Positions 17,649 to 27,567 of a stretch of 53,607 bases of DNA are shown piece by piece. The notes below the pieces were generated by a model. That model was not told the DNA's origin and did no database searches. It worked only from the letters and a program-made list of their open reading frames with translations. Each line of letters starts with the position of its first letter. Position 1 is the first letter of the stretch. The stretch lies in the IMG/VR virus record IMGVR_UViG_3300028557_000049, positions 1 to 53,607 of that record, one strand, 5' to 3'. The stretch is from a virus. Lineage: Duplodnaviria; Caudoviricetes. The position numbers and the translations under genes were made by a program.

Positions 17649-17852
17649 TTAGTGCCAACGTTTTTTTAATTCAGCTTCAGTACCTAGTGTTTTAGGAAAG
17701 CTATCAACTATTTTCCATTCTAGTGTAAATACGTCAAATTGCATCTTCAGATTACATCTTTTACAAATACATTTGTTTGGTAATGATGGGAAATTGTATC
17801 GAAAATTATGGCCAAATAATTTACAAAACATTCTTATAATTTTACTTCCCAT
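17649..17852 (-). CDS. DUF1660-like small protein
   Basis: FCKLFGH...CKRC. Confidence 0.6.
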   Translation of the reverse strand: MGSKIIRMFCKLFGHNFRYNFPSLPNKCICKRCNLKMQFDVFTLEWKIVDSFPKTLGTEAELKKRWH

Positions 17853-18157
17853 TTGATATATTTTGGGTGTATATACTTAGGAATCGTTGATGATACGACA
17901 TCTTTAATCGAATCATTGGTAGTGTTCATAGTGAACACATCAACCACTTCTACTTCTACCAATTCATCATATACGCCCACGGTACGTACCTTGGTAAAGA
18001 TATCATACTTTACGGTTTGAATACCATCATTCGATGTTCCAAAGGATAGACTATCACAGTATATTCCAATGTCACCTTTTTCTATGGGTATTATTGGCTT
18101 AAACCATGACTTGAACCATACGATGATGGCTATTTGATTTAAAGAATCATTTCTCAT
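17834..18157 (-). CDS. hypothetical protein
   Basis: ORF with own promoter. Confidence 0.6.
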   Translation of the reverse strand: MRNDSLNQIAIIVWFKSWFKPIIPIEKGDIGIYCDSLSFGTSNDGIQTVKYDIFTKVRTVGVYDELVEVEVVDVFTMNTTNDSIKDVVSSTIPKYIHPKYIKWEVKL

Positions 18158-18225
18158 AAGTAGTTATTTATTTTGTTGATACAAAGGTAAGCAATTATTT
18201 TGAAACTACCAAACTTTTTCTAGCT

Positions 18226-18450
18226 TTAATAATTTATACGGTTATTAAGTTCCATCCCAGATATCTTATAGCCTAGTTGTTTATAATCTTCGATTAATTG
18301 ATTGTGTTCACCCATAAGCTTAAGGTTTTCTTCATTATACTCATATACCCTTAGGCTAGATAATCTGCGCCCATCATACATCTTGGTCTTTTCTGGGAGT
18401 TCAACTACCTTCATTGGAAAATCCCAATATAGCTTTAGAATTACTTTCAT
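18226..18450 (-). CDS. hypothetical protein
   Basis: Start at MKVILK gives an ATGA overlap with the upstream gene. Confidence 0.55.
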   Translation of the reverse strand: MKVILKLYWDFPMKVVELPEKTKMYDGRRLSSLRVYEYNEENLKLMGEHNQLIEDYKQLGYKISGMELNNRINY

Positions 18451-18836
18451 ATTTGAATATGTTTTGATATTAATTCTTCTATACAAGCCAATTCAGCTTC
18501 CTCGTATGTTGGTCTAATATATTTTAATCTATCATCACCAAATAAACGAATGGTGGATGCGATACGTTCATCGTTATCCTTAAAGGTATGCCAAGCATAA
18601 CCTTCATCTACCTTGCTAATCTCTGAATCAGTATTATGTACCTGTCTAAACCATTTAAAGGCTTGCTGATATGTAGCGGCTGCAATAGGATTAAATTCTG
18701 TTTGCCTTTTATGGTGTGGGAAAACCAAATCAAACCCACCATAAGCATTAGAACAATACACAGCAAAACAATCTTCTTTAAACCCTAAACCCTCTATTGA
18801 TTTAGCCTCTTTTGGTCGTAAGAATAAATCTTCCAT
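18447..18836 (-). CDS. phage hypothetical protein (LGFKEDC...QQAFKWFR...TYEEAE)
   Basis: Motif pattern familiar from Bacteroidetes phage ORFs. Confidence 0.65.
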   Translation of the reverse strand: MEDLFLRPKEAKSIEGLGFKEDCFAVYCSNAYGGFDLVFPHHKRQTEFNPIAAATYQQAFKWFRQVHNTDSEISKVDEGYAWHTFKDNDERIASTIRLFGDDRLKYIRPTYEEAELACIEELISKHIQI

Positions 18837-18837
18837 A

Positions 18838-19767
18838 TTATTTTAAGTTAATACTTCTTACAAAATCAATATGCTCTTTGCTCATAGGTGTGCCAGCGTG
18901 ATTAAGTGTAAGAAAATTATCTAATATATCTTCATCAGTGGCAGACTCATCCATTTCACCATAAGCTAGGTTTGGATAAGCCATAAACCTACGCTGTGCA
19001 TCAGTAGATAAGTCGTTCCAATAATTACCATGTAGGTCGGGAAACTTGTTCTCACAAAAATCTATAATAGCGTTAAACCTTTGCTTACCATCAACACAAT
19101 CAAAACCATAACCAACACCAAACTCACGTTCTGCTTCTTGTAGTCTCTTAAAAGAATTGTACCTAAACAAGAATTTACCTATCTCAATACCTTGGTAAAT
19201 ACTTTCAATGAGTAATTGTTTCTGCTCTAGTGTCCAAACAAGACCACGTTGAAAATGATGCTTGTTACCTTCCTTGTCTTTTACATAAGGGTCAAAATTA
19301 ACCCTAAATCCCCAATCATCACTATCATCAAAATTAAGCCTGTTTTTACTTCTCTTGTACCCTGCTTTAAATAATAGGCTGGATAAGTCTTGATTATAGA
19401 AGTTTATTCTGCGTTTTTCTTTACCAAAAGGATTATTACCACACTCGTAGGTTGTAGGTGATATATAAGCATTGGAAACCACTGCTATGGTTTGGTATTG
19501 TTTTGGAAAGTAAGTTTTCACAACATCCTTTAATTCAGTAGGAATCCTTGTGCTTTGATAATCAATATGTACATCACCATTTTCCAATTTATACACATCA
19601 CCCTCTAACCTGAATACCTGTGGAACGGTAGTGGTTATGGTTTCTTTCTTTTTACCCCTACCAACGGTTTCGGTTTTGGTTGTATCGTAGTTTATAACTA
19701 CACTAACCTTATCACCTATCTCAATAGGTTTAGCTAGTTTGGCTTCTATTTGTTCTTGCTTGTTCAT
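18838..19767 (-). CDS. DUF262 / ParB-like (GmrSD N-terminal) domain protein
   Basis: FQRGLVW...LIESI, VDGKQR, F..LN..GTP. Confidence 0.8.
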   Translation of the reverse strand: MNKQEQIEAKLAKPIEIGDKVSVVINYDTTKTETVGRGKKKETITTTVPQVFRLEGDVYKLENGDVHIDYQSTRIPTELKDVVKTYFPKQYQTIAVVSNAYISPTTYECGNNPFGKEKRRINFYNQDLSSLLFKAGYKRSKNRLNFDDSDDWGFRVNFDPYVKDKEGNKHHFQRGLVWTLEQKQLLIESIYQGIEIGKFLFRYNSFKRLQEAEREFGVGYGFDCVDGKQRFNAIIDFCENKFPDLHGNYWNDLSTDAQRRFMAYPNLAYGEMDESATDEDILDNFLTLNHAGTPMSKEHIDFVRSINLK

Positions 19768-19784
19768 ATGACAAAGGTACATAA

Positions 19785-20240
19785 TTATTTTGAAACTACC
19801 AAATATGGCTTAACATATTTTAAAAACTCTTCAACCCCCATATCACCTTTTTTACTGTTACATTTGCTACAACACACACAGACGTTAGATTCATCGAACA
19901 CACCACCACCCTTACTAATAGGAATTATATGGTCAATAGTGGCCATCATATTATGTGGAACTTTCATACCGTTAAATTCTATTCGTAAGTTAGACTTTTT
20001 ACAATAGCAACAAGTTAACTTACCATCTTTCTTTAACTTACGCTTCAGAAAGTTCCTAGAAAAGGATATCTTACGCATCTTGCCAGAAAATGATTTTACA
20101 TTGGTTTCATCGTTATCGAAATAATGCTTTTTAAGTAGAACATATGATGCATATGTATTAGGTTCAGATACCTCAAAGTATATCTTATCGACATACTTGG
20201 TACTACCGCTACTGCTGCTATAAATTACCTTGTGTATCAT
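19785..20240 (-). CDS. HNH nuclease-domain protein
   Basis: CCYC...ATIDHIIPISKGG...N...CSKCNSKKG; start at MIHKV after the promoter near 20258. Confidence 0.8.
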   Translation of the reverse strand: MIHKVIYSSSSGSTKYVDKIYFEVSEPNTYASYVLLKKHYFDNDETNVKSFSGKMRKISFSRNFLKRKLKKDGKLTCCYCKKSNLRIEFNGMKVPHNMMATIDHIIPISKGGGVFDESNVCVCCSKCNSKKGDMGVEEFLKYVKPYLVVSK

Positions 20241-20304
20241 AACGCTAGATTTAGAACACAAAGGTAAATAATAAAAAGGATAAAACCAAATCTGAGTTAA
20301 GGTT

Positions 20305-20694
20305 TTATATGAAATAGGTTTGTAAGGCTTTATAAACATCTCTGAGATGCTTCTTATTCTCGTATACTGCCATGAATGTGCCTAGGGGTTTTTGTGTGAT
20401 AAATAACGTTCTAGCGAAGTAATTATCAACAAAGAATCTTGATTGACAAGGCTCAAGGATATCGGCATAATCAGCGTCTGAGGTAATTAACCCACATATC
20501 CAACCCTTCTTGGTCTTTTTAAGCAACACATATGGGTGACGAAATATCTCGTGCATAAACACATCACCAACAAGATATTCTGAAGGCTTTGTCTTAGAAC
20601 CAATACTTGGCAAACATGATACCCAAGATAAAATAACTTCTTTATCTAGGGTCTTGCTTTCGTTAATCTTTTTAGTTAAAATAACCTTATCCAT
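20305..20694 (-). CDS. hypothetical protein
   Basis: ORF with own promoter. Confidence 0.65.
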   Translation of the reverse strand: MDKVILTKKINESKTLDKEVILSWVSCLPSIGSKTKPSEYLVGDVFMHEIFRHPYVLLKKTKKGWICGLITSDADYADILEPCQSRFFVDNYFARTLFITQKPLGTFMAVYENKKHLRDVYKALQTYFI

Positions 20695-20735
20695 AACTTA
20701 TTTTGTTTTAGAATACAAAGGTAAAACAAATAATT

Positions 20736-21065
20736 CTACTGGATTTCGAATAATGGTATGGCTTCCATAACTCTATACTTCGATGTCACCGCTTGTTTAT
20801 CAAGGTTACGGTTAAAGTTTAATAGCAGCATTAATTCAAATGCTTCAGCATAGTCAATCGACTTAACGTTATGGCTAAGCGATATTCCGTTGCCATCATC
20901 CAATAATGATATACGTTCTTCACCTCTTACTGATTCTGTCCATGTATGGCTATGTGATAGCGATAGAGTTATTTCTGTGCCTATATTGGTATCCTTTACA
21001 GTAATATCATATTCGTGCTCACCATCTTCGTTTAAAACGATAAATGTTTTATTATTTAATCTCAT
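20736..21065 (-). CDS. hypothetical protein
   Basis: ORF. Confidence 0.6.
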   Translation of the reverse strand: MRLNNKTFIVLNEDGEHEYDITVKDTNIGTEITLSLSHSHTWTESVRGEERISLLDDGNGISLSHNVKSIDYAEAFELMLLLNFNRNLDKQAVTSKYRVMEAIPLFEIQ

Positions 21066-21086
21066 TCTACTTTATTTTAAAACATG

Positions 21087-21389
21087 TTAATTTAAACAAT
21101 ACATAAAATTATGACCATCAATTTCTGGTGAAATAAACATATTTGCTTCGTGGTACTCAATTGCATCATTTAAAACCTTAATGTTTAAGTCTAGATAGAA
21201 CAATTGTTCGTCTATTTCAGACATAATATTTTTGCTGAAGGTTGGCAAACTTTCATCTGACATCTCTACTAAATTATTCTGTAATTCAGTATTTATATCT
21301 ATTAGTGTTTGAACCATCTCACAAATTTCATAGAGACTAAGGTTATTAACCACGTCAGATAAAGATAACAAGCTAGTATTTAGTTTCAT
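21087..21389 (-). CDS. hypothetical protein
   Basis: ORF. Confidence 0.6.
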   Translation of the reverse strand: MKLNTSLLSLSDVVNNLSLYEICEMVQTLIDINTELQNNLVEMSDESLPTFSKNIMSEIDEQLFYLDLNIKVLNDAIEYHEANMFISPEIDGHNFMYCLN

Positions 21390-21398
21390 ATGTTAGTT

Positions 21399-22076
21399 TT
21401 AGTAAGGTGTGTGATTCTTTTTATAATTCTCAATATTCCATCTTATTTTTTCTTGATGATAAGCTTCTGCTTCACGTTCATCTTTAAGCGTTGTTATTTC
21501 ATTAACCCAACCTAAATTATTGCTAGTTACCTCACGGCTAACAACGAACCCGATAAACCCTATAAGTATAATAAACAAATATGTTATACCCATATTACCA
21601 CCTATTTTATTCGTTATATCTACTTTTTGTGTAGTACTTAGGTCATCATAATCACATTTCATGTCAGTATATGGTTTTAATATATAATCTTGTATTAGAC
21701 TACCGAAGGTCATTAGTACAAGACTTATTAATAACGAAATAATGTTTGCTGAGACGAACCAATTAATAGCAGCCTCATCAAAAAATATTTTCGTTGCTCT
21801 CAAGCATAGCCAGCCATGATTAAAATCATATAATACATAAGCTGATATCAAACCAGCTATTACATACATGACTCTAGCTCGTATATGGCCTGTAAATAGT
21901 AATAACAACACTATCAATGGCGATAAGGCGCTTAACACGATTAATCCAAATATGAATGGAACCATCCATCTACCAAACTCCAGTGTCGCAAGCGTATCAT
22001 AATCCCATTCTTCAACTCTAATATTACCCTTAGAGTCCATACCGCCTTTTAAAACGTTTCTAGGTTTAAATTCCAT
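21399..22076 (-). CDS. multi-pass membrane protein
   Basis: About four hydrophobic segments. Confidence 0.65.
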   Translation of the reverse strand: MEFKPRNVLKGGMDSKGNIRVEEWDYDTLATLEFGRWMVPFIFGLIVLSALSPLIVLLLLFTGHIRARVMYVIAGLISAYVLYDFNHGWLCLRATKIFFDEAAINWFVSANIISLLISLVLMTFGSLIQDYILKPYTDMKCDYDDLSTTQKVDITNKIGGNMGITYLFIILIGFIGFVVSREVTSNNLGWVNEITTLKDEREAEAYHQEKIRWNIENYKKNHTPY

Positions 22077-22136
22077 AATAATTATTGGTTTGTTATGTAA
22101 AGGTACACAAAATAAACGAAACTTACAAACTATGGG

Positions 22137-22709
22137 TTATCTTTTTTTCAATAACGATGCTAATTTGTTGTTTAGCATTGTAATTGTTGACCTAATAATA
22201 CGATATTCCTCATCAGTATAGATTGGGGTTTCAGTTAACATATCGTTTATAAGCCTGTCACTCAACTTAACATAAGTATTCTTTAAGTCGTTAACCGATA
22301 AGGCTGTTAATTGTGCGTTGGTCATTACACCATCTTGATTTGTAACATCATTCATAATAGCAGCCTTGCCATAACGTCTTGGTAGAACTTTTTCTACCTT
22401 ATTCTTAGTGGGAACTGAGTTAGGGGTAACCGATACTGGTTCGGTAGTTGCATTCATATTTTTACGTAGGTATTCATACCTATTAATAAGACTGTCCTTA
22501 GTTAGGACTACCTTATCAAATATGTTACGAACCAAGTTCGTTGTGGCTAAGCTAAGATTACCTTCTTTTGCTTGTGCTATTAATAAGGTAATAGGTACTT
22601 GAACCTCGCTGGTGAATATGGATTTTAAATCCTCATCATCTTGAATAAGAATCAAGGCTGCGGCCTCATTAAATTCTACTTCTTTTATTATTTCGATGTT
22701 AGTGCTCAT
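22137..22709 (-). CDS. hypothetical protein
   Basis: ORF with own promoter. Confidence 0.65.
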   Translation of the reverse strand: MSTNIEIIKEVEFNEAAALILIQDDEDLKSIFTSEVQVPITLLIAQAKEGNLSLATTNLVRNIFDKVVLTKDSLINRYEYLRKNMNATTEPVSVTPNSVPTKNKVEKVLPRRYGKAAIMNDVTNQDGVMTNAQLTALSVNDLKNTYVKLSDRLINDMLTETPIYTDEEYRIIRSTITMLNNKLASLLKKR

Positions 22710-22787
22710 ATGCTCTCGCTTTTAGTACAATAGCAAAGGTAAGTAATTAATTCGATAAAACCAAATAAAGCTAAAAAAACTTTTTAC

Positions 22788-22818
22788 TTGGAAATGTCAT
22801 TTTAATTACTTACCTTTG
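22788..22818 (+). promoter_or_regulatory. plus-strand host-type promoter, antisense to 22844..23176
   Basis: TTG-N20-TACCTTTG. Confidence 0.5.
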
Positions 22819-22843
22819 TAAGCTGATTCTAGTACATATAGGG

Positions 22844-23176
22844 TTAATTCTTCGTATTTAGGTACGAAGCAGGGTTGTTAATTACCTTCATAATGGTTCC
22901 CAGTTCTTCGTCATTGAATTGATACAGACCACCTTCTTCATTTTTTTCCCTACGCAATTTTTTGGAAAACAAAGACCTATCGGTAGCATTATCAGAACTA
23001 CCAAGGCCAGCAGCTGCCATTACTTGGTTAGCCTTTAGCATAGTACCATCTAATTTACGCTGAATTTCGGCATAATCCTTCTCGGTATTTTTATTTTTTT
23101 TTCCAGTCTTTTTATCTTCCCCCTCAGTTACGTTTAACGATTCTCTGAGTATTGCTTTAATAATATTTTTTTCCAT
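22844..23176 (-). CDS. hypothetical protein (IIKAILRESL head)
   Basis: ORF preceded by ATATTTAT at 23195-23202. Confidence 0.65.
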   Translation of the reverse strand: MEKNIIKAILRESLNVTEGEDKKTGKKNKNTEKDYAEIQRKLDGTMLKANQVMAAAGLGSSDNATDRSLFSKKLRREKNEEGGLYQFNDEELGTIMKVINNPASYLNTKN

Positions 23177-23240
23177 TTGTTTTGGTTCTTACTAATAAAT
23201 ATCTAAATTATTACAGAAAAACATATAGATTACGACTAAC

Positions 23241-23258
23241 ATGTACACAAATGTGTAC
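23241..23258. repeat. dispersed palindrome, copy 3
   Basis: ATGTACACAAATGTGTAC just after the sigma-factor stop codon. Confidence 0.8.
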
Positions 23259-23261
23259 TTA

Positions 23262-24155
23262 TTAATACATGATATATGATGGTATTTCATTGCGTAATAT
23301 TAGTAATGATTTATCTCGTATCTGTCTAACCATTTCACGACTAATATCATATTCTTCAGATAAATCTGAAAGGCTTCTAGGTATATTACCATCTAAGCCA
23401 TATAAGGCAGACATAATCTTACGATTTCTAGGTTTAAGCTTATCTAACCCAATTGAAATTTGATTCTTAAGGTCTCTGTAATTGATGTCGTAATCTGTCG
23501 GTTTAAATATTGATTCATCGGATATGGTATCTAGCAACGTAGTGCCGTTAGTCTCATCAATTTCAGAATCCAAAGATGCAACGTTATATGTATTGAACAT
23601 AGATATATTATTATATTCTTCTATGGTCCTTATTTCTTTATCATCTGATTCTTTTTTTGTTTCAGCATTATAGGAATAAAACATTTCATCTGGTGTAACT
23701 TGGCGATTATGGGTTTGTTCAAATTCCCTCATCTTTTTAGTAAATTTCGCTAATTCATTAACCCTATTAGCTGGTAAGTGTACCAAGCGACCATAGTTTA
23801 ATATGTGTTCCATTATAGTCTTACGAATCCAAAATACTGCATACGAGATAAACTTGTTACCAGTAGTTGGGTCAAACTTATGTGCGGCATTTATTAATCC
23901 AATATTCCCTTCATTTACCAAGTCATTCAATGGGTGTTGCGTGTTTGCGTATTGCTTGGCAACGCTAACGACAAAACGTAAATTTCGTTTAACTAACTCA
24001 TCAAGTGCCTTGTTATCACCATTACTAGCCTTGATAGCACAAGCCATCTCCTGTTCTGGAGTAAAGGCTTTTATCGATGATATCTCCTTTAGATAAGACT
24101 GAAAAGCCTCTGTATCTAGGGCAGTTATTCTATTTTGAATTTTAAACTTCCTCAT
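23262..24155 (-). CDS. RpoD/SigA-family sigma70 factor, Bacteroidetes-like short form
   Basis: YLKEI, NLRFVVSVAKQY, DLVNEGNIGL, KFISYAVFWIR, SLD, SREMVRQI. Confidence 0.92.
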   Translation of the reverse strand: MRKFKIQNRITALDTEAFQSYLKEISSIKAFTPEQEMACAIKASNGDNKALDELVKRNLRFVVSVAKQYANTQHPLNDLVNEGNIGLINAAHKFDPTTGNKFISYAVFWIRKTIMEHILNYGRLVHLPANRVNELAKFTKKMREFEQTHNRQVTPDEMFYSYNAETKKESDDKEIRTIEEYNNISMFNTYNVASLDSEIDETNGTTLLDTISDESIFKPTDYDINYRDLKNQISIGLDKLKPRNRKIMSALYGLDGNIPRSLSDLSEEYDISREMVRQIRDKSLLILRNEIPSYIMY

Positions 24156-24187
24156 AATCTATCTTGTTTTATATTGTTTCGTTATAA

Positions 24188-24631
24188 TTAAATCTTTCGC
24201 TTTAGGTCTCTTTCTAAATCCTTATTCTTAAGCGTTTCTCGCTTGTCATAAGTCTTTTTACCTTTAGCCAAACCAATTTCAAACTTAATGAAGCCAGTAT
24301 CAGACAATAGGATAGCTAGAGGAACTATTGTTAGCCCTTTTTGCTTTACTTTATCCGATAAATCGCTGATTTCCTTTTTTGTTAGTAATAGTTTACGCTC
24401 CCTAAGTGGGTCATGGTTATAATATTTACCCCCTTGCTTGTGTTCGGACACATGCATATTTCTTATAAATACTTCAGAATTAGTAATAACACAAAATGCT
24501 TCCGTTATATTAACGTTATTTGCCTTAATTGACTTGACCTCAGTACCCTTCAACTGAATACCAGCAACGTATGTTTCAAGTATCTGATACTCATAATATG
24601 CCTTACGATTATTCGTTATTTGCTTGCTCAT
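24188..24631 (-). CDS. smpB: SsrA-binding protein SmpB
   Basis: NRKAYYEY, AGIQLKGTEVKSI, RERKLLL, AKGKKTYDKRE. Confidence 0.97.
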   Translation of the reverse strand: MSKQITNNRKAYYEYQILETYVAGIQLKGTEVKSIKANNVNITEAFCVITNSEVFIRNMHVSEHKQGGKYYNHDPLRERKLLLTKKEISDLSDKVKQKGLTIVPLAILLSDTGFIKFEIGLAKGKKTYDKRETLKNKDLERDLKRKI

Positions 24632-24668
24632 CGTAATTATGTTTTTTTAATTGTGTTAACCTTACCAA

Positions 24669-24953
24669 TTATTCATGGGTATCCTTAGTGACCAAATTAA
24701 CTAAGATACTATCACCAAGCTTATGTTTATTGCTGGTTAAGTATAGTGTTGGACCGTACTTGGTATGATAGGTCCAAATAGTATCAGGTACGAAGGTATA
24801 TTTACATCTAGTACTAACCGAATCAATTACTACCAATTCAGTCTTACTCTTTATCTTAGGTGTAAATCTATTATTTAAACATAACGATATCCACATAATA
24901 TAGATTATGGAAAAGATAATTAATAAACTAAAAATTATACGATTAAGTGTCAT
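24669..24953 (-). CDS. membrane-anchored hypothetical protein
   Basis: N-terminal TM helix. Confidence 0.6.
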   Translation of the reverse strand: MTLNRIIFSLLIIFSIIYIMWISLCLNNRFTPKIKSKTELVVIDSVSTRCKYTFVPDTIWTYHTKYGPTLYLTSNKHKLGDSILVNLVTKDTHE

Positions 24954-25021
24954 AGCCTATATCATTTTTGCTTTTGTAAAGGTAATGAATTTTTCTAGAA
25001 AAACAAAAAGATTTGGAAAAT

Positions 25022-25423
25022 TTATTTTAAATCCAGTGAATTACGTTCTTCCTCGGTAAGCTTAGCTAAAGCTATGTCCCTTAATTCTTTTTTAGCAGCT
25101 TTAGCTAACTCAGCTGATATTCTGGCATTATCAGCGGCCTCATGTTCTTCCCACCAATCAGCCAGTCTACGAGATGCAGGTACCTTAGCATTATACACTA
25201 CCTTATCAAAGGTTTCTGCATCTAGCTTACGTAACTCAGAACATAGTTCAGCTACCCACCTATCACCCTCTGATTTATCAAAATATATATCTTTACTAGC
25301 CTTAATTAAGGCACCTGTACGTGGTTTTTCTATTACTGAGTAAAGATAAACTAGGTTATTAACCGTATCTTTAATTTGTTGTTCATAACCAGTTGGTTCC
25401 ATGTAATCACTTCTACATCCCAT
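25022..25423 (-). CDS. hypothetical protein (MGCRSDYMEP...WWEEHEAAD)
   Basis: ORF. Confidence 0.7.
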   Translation of the reverse strand: MGCRSDYMEPTGYEQQIKDTVNNLVYLYSVIEKPRTGALIKASKDIYFDKSEGDRWVAELCSELRKLDAETFDKVVYNAKVPASRRLADWWEEHEAADNARISAELAKAAKKELRDIALAKLTEEERNSLDLK

Positions 25424-25447
25424 AATACTTTATTTTTATATTGTTAA

Positions 25448-26164
25448 TTAATCATATTTAAATGACCCAACTTTTAGATTTGAACCATCGATTATTAAGT
25501 ACTGGTTTATATCACCAAGACAATCAATCATTACCAAATTTTCTTTAAATCTAATGTGACTAACATTGGTGTGGCCGACAATACATGTAATACCTTCAAC
25601 CATATCGTCCAATAATGCTTCTGGTCTAACCCAAATTGGTGTCTGTGTAATATCATTACCAGTAGAGCTAGCATACTCACCAGCTGTAAATTTAAATACA
25701 TTTGGTTTATAATAGAACAAATCATTAATTTCATCTACAAATGTATCATTAACCAATGGATATGATTCTAAGTTAGCGCTAGCCCATGTCTTAGTTATTC
25801 CAGCATGACTAATAAAATAGGTATCTACAAGATAACACATTTGTAATAGACCATCTCTGATAGCTGCGTTTATTTCCTCACCAAAGCTAATCGCATAGGC
25901 AGCTTGATAGCCAGAATATGTTTCACCAACTCCATTGATATAATGAAAATCATGATTACCTGTTAGTAAGATTACCTTTTCTGGGTATGCTTTTTTAAAG
26001 GCTATGATATCTCTGAAGTTTTCTAATTGTTGTTGACCAGTAATATTGGGGCCTCTGGAATCAAAATAATCACCAATAAACACCCATTTGTCAACGGATG
26101 AATCAGTTATTATCTTTTCCCAAGATTTTCTACCATGTATATCACCTATGATACCTATCCTCAT
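25448..26164 (-). CDS. calcineurin-like metallophosphoesterase
   Basis: GDIHG, GDYFD, GNHD, HAG, GHT. Confidence 0.9.
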   Translation of the reverse strand: MRIGIIGDIHGRKSWEKIITDSSVDKWVFIGDYFDSRGPNITGQQQLENFRDIIAFKKAYPEKVILLTGNHDFHYINGVGETYSGYQAAYAISFGEEINAAIRDGLLQMCYLVDTYFISHAGITKTWASANLESYPLVNDTFVDEINDLFYYKPNVFKFTAGEYASSTGNDITQTPIWVRPEALLDDMVEGITCIVGHTNVSHIRFKENLVMIDCLGDINQYLIIDGSNLKVGSFKYD

Positions 26165-26174
26165 ATTCTAATTT

Positions 26175-26420
26175 TTAACAACGATAAATTCTACCACCAC
26201 CCTGATATGTAAGGTCAGATACCTTGGGTCCGTTTTGACCAGTTGAAACGTCAGTTTCTGGTGCCTCCTTAACTGGTTCTTCAATCTTATCAGCAACATG
26301 CTCAAATAGGTTAAATAACCTATTCTTAATGACATTGGTCTTAGATATATTGAAGCCATCTTCACCAACCGCCTCGATGTAGCCATCAAGCCACACAACA
26401 AATGTTTGTAGTTTATCCAT
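26175..26420 (-). CDS. hypothetical protein (FxxWLxG family)
   Basis: FVVWLDGYIE. Confidence 0.65.
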   Translation of the reverse strand: MDKLQTFVVWLDGYIEAVGEDGFNISKTNVIKNRLFNLFEHVADKIEEPVKEAPETDVSTGQNGPKVSDLTYQGGGRIYRC

Positions 26421-26423
26421 GTC

Positions 26424-26693
26424 TTAACACTTAACGATTAAAGATGTCGTTTGAGTTGGTATACTTTCAGGTTTATTAATGTTTAAACCACTTAATGGGT
26501 GTTTACCATCATGAATATTTTGAAAAATGGTCCGAACCTCTAAATTATCAGAATACGATGGGTCAATTTCATGAAGAAATACTAACTTTAAGTGATTCTT
26601 AATTTTCTGTACTTGTTCAACGCTTAACGGCTTATCTTTTTCAGATAATTCAAAAAATCCGTTTAACCAGTATATAAATTGGTCGCTTTTCAT
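26424..26693 (-). CDS. hypothetical protein (FxxWLxG family)
   Basis: FIYWLNGFFE...IKNHLKLVF. Confidence 0.65.
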   Translation of the reverse strand: MKSDQFIYWLNGFFELSEKDKPLSVEQVQKIKNHLKLVFLHEIDPSYSDNLEVRTIFQNIHDGKHPLSGLNINKPESIPTQTTSLIVKC

Positions 26694-26713
26694 TGTGTTT
26701 AGTTTTATATTAA

Positions 26714-26881
26714 TTAGTTAGTTATCTCAGTAATCAAGGCATCAACAGATGAGGCTTCTAGTACACCGACTGCCTTAGCTCGGCCACCATTAAAAAAAAC
26801 CATGTATTGGTCTCTAGGTATACCATACCAAGTATTGGTATACGTGTTATACCACAATATGTAATCATGTAAATTTTCCAT
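26714..26881 (-). CDS. small hypothetical protein, 55 aa (MENLHDYILWYNTY...)
   Basis: Read by hand. Confidence 0.55.
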   Translation of the reverse strand: MENLHDYILWYNTYTNTWYGIPRDQYMVFFNGGRAKAVGVLEASSVDALITEITN

Positions 26882-26904
26882 TTTATATTTTTATATTTAA
26901 ATTA

Positions 26905-27567
26905 TTATTTTTTAACCAAGTTAATCGTAATAGGGTCATTAACCATATCATAGTGATAATCCAAAACGGATGCATTAATTAGGTTAACATCACCCATTCT
27001 AGCAATACCATACCCCTCATGTATATGTCCCGATACATGTAACCGCAAATCACTTAAGGTCTTCACCCTATCCAGTAAGTTAGGGCAACCAGCTAGGTCA
27101 CCTCTAACAGTTGCATCAAGATATCCATATACAGGCCCGTGTGTAATCAAGATTTCTGTGTCATTAGGTATCAAATCCCAATGCTTAATGATATCTTTAC
27201 TATTACGATTAAAAGCCCAATTATAGAACCATGGCTGCACTGGACTACCCCATATCTTAAAGCCTTCTATTTCAATACCAGAATCATTAAGATATGTAAT
27301 GCTTGGGTATTCAGCAAGCAATGCATCTATTTCATATTCTGGTGCACGTTCAAAAAAGAAATCATGATTACCAGCAATTAATATCTTATACTTATATGGT
27401 AGCTTAGAAAACCAATCTAGAAAATCACGTATTTCAGATTTATTTCCCCGTCCACTAATATCACCAGCGTGAATAATCATATCGATTTTACCATCTTCAT
27501 TATTAATTAAATGTGATGGTATTTCTAGGTGTTTTGTGTGAGTATCTGAGATACAAATTATTTCCAT
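26905..27567 (-). CDS. metallophosphoesterase (239FB/MPPED-like)
   Basis: SDTH, HAGD, AGNHD, ITHGP, GHIHE. Confidence 0.9.
   Translation of the reverse strand: MEIICISDTHTKHLEIPSHLINNEDGKIDMIIHAGDISGRGNKSEIRDFLDWFSKLPYKYKILIAGNHDFFFERAPEYEIDALLAEYPSITYLNDSGIEIEGFKIWGSPVQPWFYNWAFNRNSKDIIKHWDLIPNDTEILITHGPVYGYLDATVRGDLAGCPNLLDRVKTLSDLRLHVSGHIHEGYGIARMGDVNLINASVLDYHYDMVNDPITINLVKK

Noticed and set aside
24100-25000. tmRNA or tRNA genes near smpB or elsewhere in the window
   Set aside because: No tRNA-like acceptor or T-arm pattern found by eye; a covariance search is needed to exclude them
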